Shown piece after piece: positions 11,001 through 21,902 of a DNA stretch of 64,000 nt. Positions within the stretch are counted from its first letter, which is position 1; every line of letters begins with the position of its first letter. The translations under genes were made by a program, and so were the position numbers. The DNA is from Moniliella sp. 'wahieum' (taxonomy: Eukaryota). Under the pieces are notes generated by a model, which ran no database searches, had not been told where the DNA came from, and saw only the letters and a program-made list of their open reading frames with translations. Where the stretch lies: positions 496,001 through 560,000 of the forward strand of contig RSEE01000011.1 in assembly GCA_003971905.1 (NCBI GenBank), in the 5' to 3' direction.

Positions 11001-11635
11001 AAGGAGATCCGCAAGCACCTCGAAGCAGTGGGGCTGAACGGCGAGATTGCGGAGCACCACGAGATGGCGGGCCTGTCCGGCGGTCAAAAGGTCAAGGTGG
11101 TGCTGGCTGCCGCTCTGTGGAACAAGCCCCAAGTGTTGGTGCTGGACGAACCGACGAACTATTTGGACCGCGACACGCTCGGTGGCTTGGCCGTCGCCAT
11201 CAAGGAGTGGTCGGGCGCGGTGGTGCTGATCAGCCACAACATGGAGTTTGTCACGGCTCTTTGCTCGGAGATCTGGAACGTGGACAATGGTCAGATCACA
11301 AGCAAGACCAAGGTTGCGATTGATGATTCGCGCTTTGGTGAGGAAGGCGCCGAAACGCCCGACGGCACCACCCCATTGACCACCCCGGCTGCCAGCCGTC
11401 TGGCCAGCAAGGCTGGCACCCGCTCGCCTCGGCTGCACCTTCGGCCATGGGCACCCCGATCCCCAGTGACGAGGAGAAGGGAGACGATATGAGCAAGCTC
11501 AAGGCCAAGGCTCCCAAGAAGAAAAAGATGACCCGTAACGAGAAGAAGGCACAGGAAGAACGCCGCCGGTTGCGTAAGACCAAGTGGCTCATCGAGGGCG
11601 GCGAGCGCGAGCCCGATACGGACGACGACGCTTAG
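8082..11635 (+). CDS. NEW1: eEF3-family ABC-F ATPase, New1/Elf1 type; intron 8833-8902; frameshifted
   Basis: HEAT region (TTFVAEVTGPALAVMVPLL), two ABC cassettes (NGSGKSTL/LSGGWKMK/LLDEPTNHLD; GPNGAGKSTL/LSGGQKVK/LDEPTNYLD), chromodomain insert LKKSFQYEVKW, VEHSLQGEDG and C-terminal KKMTRNEKKAQEERRRLR typical of New1/Elf1. Confidence 0.88.
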
Positions 11636-11880
11636 CTTTCCTCCCCTTCTTTGTCTCTTTTCCCTTTCCCTTTCCCTACCGCTCCGAAAAAGGCCTGTGC
11701 AAGGCCGCATGATTGCCTCTGTATTCCCTCCCCATCTTCCATGGTATCTTCTCACTATGCATGCACTCTCTGAAGAAGCACGCAAATGTACAAACGCGGT
11801 AACTACTAAGAGAAACGATGGACGACCTGTGGATAGCATAACCTTGGGAACAGAACATGGTCTGTCGGCAGAGAAGAGGC

Positions 11881-12120
11881 TGTTGGCCTAGGGAGCCGGA
11901 CGGGCAGAAGGATGAGGAGAAGGTGATGGATTGGAGCCAGAGTTGGGTCTGGGTACAGAGGCATCTATATAGGAGGCTGGACTAGGCACAGGGACAGTGA
12001 GTCACACAGGAGAGAGTGCAGGGCACAGGGACAGTGACACGCAGGGACGTCAGCGTGGAAGCCGATGGAACCGAGGCGAACCTGGTCTACCGACTGGGAG
12101 CCAGAGGATCACAGTCAACA
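11881..12120 (-). repeat. LTR (3' LTR in element orientation)
   Basis: TGTTG...CAACA; TATA-like ctatatag 11965-11972; duplicated ggcacagggacagtga; identical by eye to 13057-13296. Confidence 0.93.
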
Positions 12121-12838
12121 CCCCGCTGGCCAGGGAACCCGGAGACATCGGTTGTGGGATGAGCTCCTGCCAGTGGATGTAGAGAGGGGAGGACTTGAGT
12201 GGCAACCGGGACGAATGGCCTGGAGTTGTGCATGGCCACACGACTGGCCTACACCCCCGCTGTCAGGATGACACCTGAACGAGCCGAGCGCTTGTGGTTG
12301 GTGTATTGTGCGACCGCCAGATGCTTGTAGAAGTCTTAGAAGTAAAAGTAGTAGGGGTTGCGCCCCGAAGCGATTTGGTGGGCAAAAGTAAAAAGCACCA
12401 GTTATAGGTGTAGTGAAAGAAAATTGGAAACTTGGAGTAAATGCGGTCCAAGGTCGTTTGGCATCAAATTTGATGCGTTTGGTAGTTGTTTGGTTCCGCA
12501 TGCCTGGTGCCAGTGGGGTCCATTGGGCATGGGAAATGAACGGGCGCTATGCGTCAACCGTCTTGATCTGTTTGGGTTCTCTTTGTTGTTGAAAAAGAGG
12601 AGTGGAAGAAGTTGGGTGACCACCCCCCCCCATCCTTTCCCCAGGTGCCCCGGATGAATTGGCAATCCGGGCGTGTAGCCGTGGGTGGGGCACTTGATGA
12701 GCAGCCACCCCCGCTTTCTGCGATTCGCCTGCGCCGTTTTGTCGTTGGAGGAATTTCGTCTCGTTGACGATACCCGACACGTTTTGTTCCGTCGTGTGTT
12801 GTCCCTAAAATCATTGCCCCATCTGTGGGGGACGAGTG

Positions 12839-12934
12839 TGCCGATTGTGGCGGTAGTATGCCGATTGTGGCGGTAGTATGCCGATTGTGGCGGTAGTATG
12901 CCGATTGTGGCGGTAAGGTGCCGATTGTGGCGGT
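12839..12934. repeat. 20-bp tandem repeat (about 4.8 copies) inside the LTR element
   Basis: tgccgattgtggcggtagta x3 plus two variants. Confidence 0.95.
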
Positions 12935-13056
12935 GGTTGTGTTGGGCGGGAGGACGGGTGTGTCTTGTGGGCTTGGCGGCTTAGCTTGGGCTTGTAGGCT
13001 TGGGGGTGGGCTTGCTTGAAGAGCGCTCCCCTTCCGGGGGGATCAGATTGTAACTC

Positions 13057-13296
13057 TGTTGGCCTAGGGAGCCGGACGGGCAGAAGGATGAGGAGAAGGT
13101 GATGGATTGGAGCCAGAGTTGGGTCTGGGTACAGAGGCATCTATATAGGAGGCTGGACTAGGCACAGGGACAGTGAGTCACACAGGAGAGAGTGCAGGGC
13201 ACAGGGACAGTGACACGCAGGGACGTCAGCGTGGAAGCCGATGGAACCGAGGCGAACCTGGTCTACCGACTGGGAGCCAGAGGATCACAGTCAACA
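13057..13296 (-). repeat. LTR (5' LTR in element orientation)
   Basis: Copy of 11881-12120. Confidence 0.93.
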
Positions 13297-13460
13297 GAGG
13301 CTGCAGACCAAGTAGCATTGGCGGCAAAGATGAAACGATGACATAAACACGAACAGACCCAGGACAGAATAGACAGAGGCGAGACAGAAGTGCAGAAGCG
13401 AGGCGGAACAGTACGCAACATGAAAAGCAGACGGGGAAAAACATGCTCGTTGGGGCATAC

Positions 13461-16268
13461 TCAGTGGTCCAAGTGGCCATAGCGGGTTGGATAGTGGTCG
13501 TAGCCCGGAGGCGAGGCCGAGCTCGAGGTAGGAAGCAACGCAGAACGCTCGGATTGTGCCAGGGCGGCTGGGGTCGAGTCCAAGGGGTCGCGTGTGTCCG
13601 AGTTGGAGTGGGAATGGGAATGGGAATGCGAGCCCGCCAGCAACATACTTTCCCGCGGTGAGTGGTGGTCCAAGTCGGAGATGGACGCCGTCAGCGAACA
13701 CATCGAGCTGCATCGCCCGAGGGAGGATGGAAGGACGAGGGGGGCGCAGACGGCTGCACTACCCGTCCTTGTCCGGCCGGTACAGACGATACCAACTCCC
13801 CGAGAGCGACGCGGGGGTTGCCCCAGGCCGGTCAGAGTCAGCGAGCTGCCCCCCTTGCGCTAACGAGGTTAGCCCATCGTCTCGATCCAGCAGGTGGTCC
13901 AGTGAGTGGGGAGAGCGCGACTCGTGCGAAGGGACCGCCCCATACTGAGGATCGGCAAACGGCCCTGCTTGTGCTTCAGGAGCAGAAGCGAGGAAGGCAG
14001 CTTGGTCGCCATTGACTGGGGGCGGGTAGTACTGCCCGGCAGTATACGGGTTACCTTGCCCGTACATTTGCTCTGCACCCACGTCTCCATTCCAGCCAGC
14101 GTACTCTCTCCCAGCTGCTGACCCTGTCGCAGCCAAAGCCGGGTCTTGGGGTAATGGCCCTCGGAACTGTATGGATCGGCGCCAGGGCCATAGAGTGCAC
14201 TCCAGTGGGGCTCCGATACGTTGGCCTCAACGTCATTTGCTCCGTGAGCAACAGGTGCAGCCGCCGTAGATTCCATTTCCCGGCCACCCGTGCCAGGTTC
14301 ATCCTCTTCCTCGTCGAGGTAAGGGTCGTGACCATGCCCTGAACTCCCCGTAACACCCGCAGGAGCAAAGAGACGGTCTAACCGCGCATGTGGGCGACGG
14401 AAGCCAAGGGCGGCGATCGCCTTACCAAACGGTCCACGGGGCTGATCCTTATCATCGAAATTGGCCAGGGCGGCAGCATCGGCATCGGCGATGCGGTTGC
14501 GCGAGCGCTTACGCCAAACAAGCAGCAAAGCAAGAGGATCGCAGCCCCGGCCACTCCGCCCACTGTGCCACCCGCAATCGCACCTGCGTTTGAAGAGTGG
14601 TTCCCATTGCCCCCACCACCGCCATCGGCAAGCCCTCCCTGTTGTGGGTCTCCCTTGCCACCTTTTCCACCCTTACCACCCCCACCATCCACGACGACGG
14701 CTGTAGAGGTCAAAACCTCGGTCGAGGGATTAATCGTTGTGACCCCAGGAATAGTCGTTCCGGGGACAACAACGACCGAAGTAAGTGTTTCCACACTTGC
14801 GCCAGAGGGAAGTGCAGCTGACGCCGTGAGGGTTTCCGTGACGATTTGCCCGCTCACGGTAGTGCAGGAGGGCGTAGAGAAGATTGTGGTATACGGTACC
14901 AAGGTGGTCTCAACAGAAATACTGTCGGCCCGCGGATTAATCTGGACAGTCCGGCGGGCCCCAAGCCAGGGAGTGGGTGCAGGAGCACGACGATTATTGT
15001 TGTTCGATCCTGAACCCGAACCATTGTTGTTTGGACCCGCCACCGCCAGAGCTTCCCCCATTGTCAGCGGAGGTGTTGCCCGTGCCATCTCCGGTCGACG
15101 TTCGGTCTCCGCTTCCCCCACGAGTAGACGTCTGCCCCCCGTTGCCGTCGGAAGTAGTGTCTCCTCCATTGCCATTAGATGTTTGTCCCCCGTTGCCGCC
15201 CGAGGTCGTTCCTCCTCCTCCAGAGGTATTTCCATTCCCACTGCCATCCCCATCACCGGTACTGTGGGTCGAGGTAGGCTGGACAGAGGTCGTGGGCCGC
15301 TGTGAGGTGGTAGGCTGTTGCGAGGTGGTAGGCCGTTGCGAGGTGGTGGGCCGTTGCGAGGTGGTAGGCTCTTGGGACGTGGTAGGCCGCCGGGACGTGG
15401 TGGGCTCTTGGGATGTGGTGGGCTCTTGGGACGTGGTGGGACGTTGCGAAGTGGTAGGCTGTTGCGAAGTGGTGGGCTGATGCGAAGTGGTAGGCTGTTG
15501 AGAAGTAGTAGGACGCTGAGAGGTAGTTGGCTGGCTGGACGTAGTGGGGTGAGACGAGGTAGTGGGCTGGAACGAAGTCGTGGGCTGAGACGATGTCGTG
15601 GGTTGAGACGATGTTGTGGGCCGCTCCGAGGTAGTGGGCTGAGACGATGTCGTGGGTTGAGACGATGTTGTGGGCCGCTCCGAGGTAGTGGGCTGAGACG
15701 AGGTTGTAGGTTGGGACGAGGTTGTAGGTTGGGACGAGGTCGTAGGTTGAGACGAGGTCGTAGGTTGAGACGAGGTTGTAAGTTGGGACGATGTTGTAGG
15801 TTGGGACGATGTTGTAGGTTGGGACGATGTTGTGGGTTGCTCGGAGGTGGTGGGCTGGGACGACGTGGTGGGCTGGCTGGAGGTGGGGAAGATGAGGTGC
15901 CAGGGATGGATGTGGGGCGCGTGGAGGAGGTGGGGGGAGACGACGTGGGGGTGGATGTGGATGCAGGTGAAGAGGACGCAGGGACAGACGCGGAGGGAGA
16001 AGTGGATGCAGAAGCGGAGGCAGAAGCGGAGGCAGAAGTGGATGCGGGAGCGGAGGAAGAAGCGGACGGAGGGTGGCAGAGTCAGGCGAGCTGCTGGCGG
16101 GAGGGGAGGAGGAGGAGGGGGCAGGGGGGAGGAAGGAAGGACACGTACGAGCTGCTGCTCGGCGCGGCAGACGTCTGGGCAGGAGAGGAGGATGGGGCGG
16201 AGAGGGTGTGGGTGATGAGGGAGGTTGGTAGTACGTGGCCACCGCCACCGTGCGCCGCAAGACGCCAT
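13461..16268 (-). CDS. Single-pass membrane mucin-like protein (Mid2/Wsc/Msb2-like architecture), frameshifted
   Basis: Ser/Thr-rich ectodomain with PTTSxx repeats, Gly/Asn-rich linker, TM segment AGAIAGGTVGGVAGAAILLLCC..LVWRKR, disordered cytoplasmic tail; start and end approximate. Confidence 0.75.
15270..15887 (-). repeat. Coding 18-bp minisatellite, about 33 units (PTTSSQ/PTTSQR/PTTSER/PTTSQE)
   Basis: Seen in DNA and in the translation of ORF 14994..16589. Confidence 0.95.
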
Positions 16269-17005
16269 GGTGGGCGAGCGGCAGAGGACAAGGAGGTGGT
16301 GGTGGGAGCCTTCGCTCCGTGCCTTCTGCTCGGCGGCCGCCACCCACATTCTGCCCACGAGCCACTGCGGGCCGGTGGCTGAGCTCAGCAGCACAGCCTC
16401 TGCGCGGAGCAAGTGTGGCGGCAGGCGGCGGGTCGGCGGAAGTCCGTGATATGTGGGTGATGTGATTTGCACTGGTCCGATCGAACGGGCGCTAAAGTTC
16501 GGCTGCCCCCGTGCTGCCCAGCGGATGAATTTTTCTTCTGCCGGCGCTCCCAGCCTCAGATCGAGGGGCTCGATGGACGAGGTGGCCACCCCGAACTCAT
16601 CGGGCTCGGCGTCATCGCGTCATCGATCATCGACCATCTGCTTCCTTCAAGTCGGTTTGTGCCCGAGGGGCGCACATGCATTTTTTTCACAGTACGGCCG
16701 GACTGTATCTGACTAGTGACTAGTGACTAGTGAGTACTGACTAGTGACTGCCACTATTGAATTTGGGGGGACAAATATAAATTGGCGAGCCAGCCTCGCG
16801 TTGTTCTTCCTTTCCTTGCCAACCAACTAAGCTGTGTTCCTCCCGTCTATACAACAACGCAGTCATGAATTGTATCAACAACACACATGGGCAAAAGCAG
16901 AGCTGCCTTGACCGGCTTGACCAAAGAAAACGCCACAAACGAGGGGGCAATATACTCTGAAAACAGTCTCTGACAACAGCACAAACAGAACCAAAACACA
17001 AAACG

Positions 17006-17655
17006 TGTTACGGGCGCTCCGGTTATCTCAGGACGCTGAGCCCCGTATGTCATATAGACATCTCGTCCAACACACGTCAGTCCCGTTAGACTAGTGAAAG
17101 AGAGCCTGCGGACACCTTATCCATGCTGCGGATATCATCCGCGGCCCCGCCATGGTCGACGCATTGGTACGAACCTTTTTGTGCTTAGCCTGAGAGCTGA
17201 GGCTCAGCGCTCATCGATCTCATCGAGCCCAGTCTTGGCAGAGCCCTTCCTGCTGCGCCCGATTAGGCACGCAGGTTCAGCGCCTTTTAGAGCACGGGCT
17301 GCGTATTAGTCTTACCTCTCTGGAAAGATCCTGATATTCACCCAGTTACACATTATATTCCGCCTTCTACCACCCTTATGAATTTACGACTCACGTCGAT
17401 TACACTGCGACCCGCGGTTACTCTCAGTAGCGCTCGCTCTTCATTAAAGCTCTCCGTCTGATTATTACCGCGTTACCCCGGAGTTCCTTGACCCCTTCAA
17501 TTGGTCTGAGATCTGACGTCCTACGTACGCGCTCCTACCTCGGAGGGTCTGAACTGCGGCCTTTGCACGCAGACAGCCTCCCAAACTAGAAGCTCTCTCC
17601 CTTGCCTCGACGCCGCTAGGTCCACCCAGGATATGAAGCAGGACCTAACGTAATA
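17006..17655. mobile_element. Candidate old solo LTR (about 650 bp)
   Basis: TGTTACG...CGTAAtA inverted ends (one mismatch); flanks AAACG/GTACG match only 3/5; non-coding. Confidence 0.35.
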
Positions 17656-19240
17656 GTACGTGGCTCCGATTGACCATCCAAGGGTTTGTCCATTATACAT
17701 CACGTGCACCCAAAATCAATTTATAGGGCGTCTGCAAAGCCAAAGGAAGGAAAGGCCAGTAGAAATGATGCAAGAGCCGGAAGAGAAATAGGTTCGTGAC
17801 GGAAAGGTCCGTAAGGGAAAGGTCCATGAGAAAAAATCCGTATTAATAAAAGGGAACCATGAAAAGGTCCGAAAAGGAAATGAGGGAGGTCCGTCAAAGT
17901 AAAGGAGCCTTTGTACCAACAAGAACGCTTTGTGGGGGAAGGAGATTAGAGGTCCGACATAACAGAGAGGCGGTGATCAATATTCTAGGCTGTTGGTTGT
18001 TGAGCACACCACACACACATACTATACCCTTACTTTACCTTCTCCAATGGGGGCACCCGGGGAGGAAATAAAAGAGGGCACTTCGGTTAAAGGAGAGCCA
18101 GTCACCTGCCCATCATTCCACGGGCTGTTGTTGTGTGTACCTGTAGTAGGCACCGTCGCCACTGTGGAATCAATGGAAGGACCACGGGTACTAATTCACG
18201 ATTGGTTCTTCCGACCCACCTGCGCTGATCCACATGGGCGTCACCGAGGTTGGAGCACATGGGACAGCCGGTGGTACCACCGACTACATGCTCAGTTTCC
18301 AGAGCCTTGGGGTCGAGCGTGTCGGAGAGCTCGATGGTGCACAGCAGAAACGGAGACGAGGATCGAGGTGGAACTGTTGTTGGCGATGGGCATCAATCTG
18401 GCTCTAGGCGGCGGAGCCCCACTTCACGAGTGCCCTGGGACAAGCGTTGCTTGAAGCGGGTTCAACGACCGGCTTCTGGGGCCCCGTCGTTGTCGTTATC
18501 GGACTTTGCCCTGGGGGGAAATCGCAACAGAGGTGGCGGTCATGAATGTGCGCGTGGGGGGAGAGGGTATGGTCGCCAAGAAGCAAAAACAGGGGGAGGG
18601 CAGTAATGTGTATGCAGGTGTATCTGCCAGAGCATGCACCTGTGGTGAGCGAGGCATGCCAAAAATAGAGGGCGGAGGGCAGAGGGCAGACAAGATATTA
18701 TTGCCAAGCCTGGTGCCGTTAATCCTGGCTGTGCTGGTCGCGGGGGCGAACATATGCGTTTGGGAACTGGGCAGAGACTGGGGCTGGGGCTGGATCAGGG
18801 TGCATGTGAGACCGTCGTACAAGTCACTCCTCACTCAGTACCTGGTACTCGGGACTCAGTACGTCGTTGGGGCCAGACACTGGTTCGCAGACCTCGCATC
18901 TTCTGCCTTCCATCTGTGATCTTGGTGAAGGAGCGGAGGGGAGCAGGAGCAGCGCCGACACTGCGCTAGTCCCTGCTAGCCCTGCCCTCTTCGCCGCGCC
19001 AGTCTGGCCCAGTGGAGCAATCTATCGACGGCTCCCCATCACGTGATGTCAATTTCAGTATTTTAGTGCCCCCACCCTTGATGCATGATGCGTGGTGATC
19101 GATGAGATAACGTTCGAGAGTCCACAGGAGTCCACCCCCCTGGTAGAGTCTACGCCAACCCACGGCCACCATCCTAAACTTCTGTACCTTCTTTTTTTTT
19201 CTTTGGGCGAACACACCACCATTGCACACCCACCATCCCC

Positions 19241-21678
19241 ATGGCCACCCACCCGACTGCGCTCCAGGTGCGCCAGGCTCCCCCGCAAGCCCGCGGCATC
19301 GGCCTGGGCATTGCCTTGCCGCCGCCGCCGCACCACGCCCGCTGGTCCGTCGCAAGACGGTTACTTTTGACGAAACACACGACGTGCAAGAGTACCATCT
19401 CGAGTCCAGCTGTGCCACTTCTGCCACTGCTTCTTCCCAGTCCATTATCACTTCTCCACCCCCCATTCGGTCTGCCAACGGCGTCCCTCATCGCACCGCC
19501 TCCCTCTCCTCTCAACTGGATGCGTCCCACGACGATGGCACACCCGCTGACGAAGCAGCTGCCCGCATGACCTCTTCCCCTCCTTTGCGTCCCATCCATT
19601 CCCCCAGTCGCCCCATGCCACCACCCTTGGACACCAGTATGGACGCCACGCGTGTGCTGATGCTGGGCCCGCCCTCGTGTCCCCGAGCTGCGGGAGGAAA
19701 CACGGTCGCCCCAACCTAGTCCCACCCGCGTGTCTCACTTTGAACCGCCCGTCAGTCCGCTCGAGCGCATGATCCCGCGCCCGCCACGTGTGTCGGTGGG
19801 ATTGGGCGCGCTGGGAAAGGGGTTAGACTTGCCCTGGGCTCACGGTGACGAGGACGCATCCAGTTTCGGTCTTCCCTCTATCACTTCTTTCTTGTCAGAC
19901 ATGCCTGATGAGCCCGCCGAGGCGCATCGGGAGGCAGGGCGGACACCGCGTAGCCGCTCGGCCGAGTTGTTGGCCCAAGTCGCGGCCAAGCCACCGACAG
20001 TCGCGCCTCAAACGGTCGAAATGCCAGCAGAAGCGGCTCATTTGGAGGAGGGCCTCAAGGACGAGGTCCAACTGCCTGAGACACAAACAAGGCGGACACC
20101 AGTCGCCGAACTACCGCACCTCCCCCGTTTGTGTGACGCAGCTGAGAAAGAGTTTGGCTTTGGCCTGCAACGCGAGCTGAGCCGTATCCAGAAACAAGGT
20201 CCCAAGTATAAGATGCACCAACGAAAGACGATCTCCATCCGCGATACTTACCGTCCACCTGCACGTGCGAGAAGCCCGACCAAAATGGTACGTGTTGCGA
20301 GCCCCTGCCTTGCGGCAGGAACTGACTTTGTATGGGACAGATGGGAATCGCCGAATCGCCTGATGCCACCGCCTCCCCGTCTACAGCTTCAGCTGCGGTT
20401 TCGCCTTCGGCTCCAGTGTCGGCGCCGCTTCCCCAGGCAAAGTGTTTCTCCGTGTCGATTCTTTTACCGCGGCCGCATCGCTGCCGATCGAGGCTGAAAC
20501 CTACTTTGAGCTTCGGCTCGACAATGGTAAGAACAAGGTACAGACCAACCGTCGTTTTCCCCTTCGGCAGACCACGCTCTTAGGCCAAGAGTTTAGATGC
20601 AATACGCCCATGACCTAACGTTCCGGGTAGGACTGCAGCTACTTCCCCCGACCAATCCGCCTGATGTGCGGCAACCGCCGCTGCCACCGCCACCGTCATC
20701 GCAGCCGCACCCACAACGGACACCTTCACCGCACCGGTCTGCTAGTCCCGTTCGGTCGGCCCCCGTTCGGCCGGCTACCCCACCCCATACGGCTCCCGGC
20801 CCCCCAAGAAGGAAAAGTTCCTTTCCCGTCTCTTGCGCAGCCCTAAGAAGAAGGATAAGGAGGAAGAACGGAGGGACGTACCGTGCTGTCCGTCCCGCTC
20901 CTGCTGTTGCTGCCAAGGCCGCGACGTCCCCTCCGGAAGCGGCGTCACCCACGGCTTCTCGCTCCGAACATTCTCGGCCCAACAGGGCACGTGGGCCAAG
21001 TTGAGGTGACCTTTGATCCGTGGGCGGGCGAAGCGTTGGGAAAGCTGGTGCAGAAGCAAGTGACGCTCCGGCCTGGGTAAAAACTGATGGTCAGGCGCAG
21101 GACCAGGGCACCGACCGAGCCACGGGGAACGTTGCAGCTAAGTGTGTTCTTTGTGCCTTCTGTGCCGAGGGTGGGGGCGCGCATGCCTGGACGGATAAGC
21201 GAGTGCGAGGCCGGGATGCGCGCGGCCGAGAGGGAGAGCAAGGTCACGCTCAGTGGCATTTTGACCCAAGGAGGCACGGGTGGGGCGCCATGGCGGCGCA
21301 GACGGGTGGAACTGCGCGGGGGCCGATTGGTGGCGCGGAACGAAGTGACGCAGCGCACGGTGCTGGACATGAGTCTCGAAGCTGGGCGGGTGGAGGTGGG
21401 GGACGAAGAGGAGGCTGGGCTAGAGGGCGCCTTCGCGTGACAGCGGCGGGCAGACGGTGCAGCGTTCCTGGATCGGAGGCGGAGCGGGCGGGGTGGGGGC
21501 GCGAGAACGCTGGCCAGCGCGGTGGCCAGGCCGCTGCGCCATGTGGGCGCGCCAGACGTGGGCGGTGGCGAGGCGGTGCGGCAGGGCGAGAAGGGCGGAG
21601 AGAAGTGCTGGCCCCGGGCGACAAGCCGATGGCGAAGACCGCGAGCGCGCCCGCCCGCTCGCCGCCTGCCGCGCCTAG
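19241..21678 (+). CDS. BUD4: Bud4/anillin-like septin-associated protein with C-terminal PH domain, frameshifted
   Basis: KTVTFDETHDVQEY; GTLQLSVFFVP...MPGRISECEAGM; PH-domain start SGILTQGG..APWRRRRVELRGGRLVARNEVT. Confidence 0.7.
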
Positions 21679-21902
21679 TAGACGCGGGGAGCAGCGTGGT
21701 GAAACATGGAGTTGAAACATTGCAGATGGCCGCAGGCAGTCATAACTCCGATAGCCGATGGCGATTTTTCATCCATCGATGATTGGCTTCTCACAACACA
21801 ATGATGCGCACCGGGCCGGGCCAGTCGCGAGCGAGCGAGCTGGGCGCGGTGGGGACCACCCGATCCCATCACGCAGCCCGCCTTCCCACCGCCACGCCCG
21901 CC

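Larger units (their letters stand above)
11881..13296 (-). mobile_element. Non-autonomous LTR retrotransposon (TRIM-like, probably copia-derived), 1416 bp
   Basis: Two 240-bp direct repeats with TGTTG...CAACA ends; 5-bp TSD GAGGC at 11876-11880 and 13297-13301; PPT-like CAGCGGGG next to the left LTR on the minus strand; no intact gag/pol. Confidence 0.93.

Noticed and set aside
9777..11438. Long antisense ORF (553 aa) and many similar shadow ORFs
   Set aside because: Expected opposite GC-rich coding sequence; no motifs of their own
8082..11635. Canonical eEF3 (YEF3)
   Set aside because: VEHSLQGEDG, the chromodomain sequence and the C-terminus fit the New1/Elf1 paralogue better
12839..12934. 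CRISPR array
   Set aside because: Head-to-tail repeats without spacers, no cas genes, eukaryotic context
17991..18530. Further TGTTG...CAACA LTR candidate
   Set aside because: Flanks TAGGC/GAGGT match only 3/5 and there is no second copy in the window
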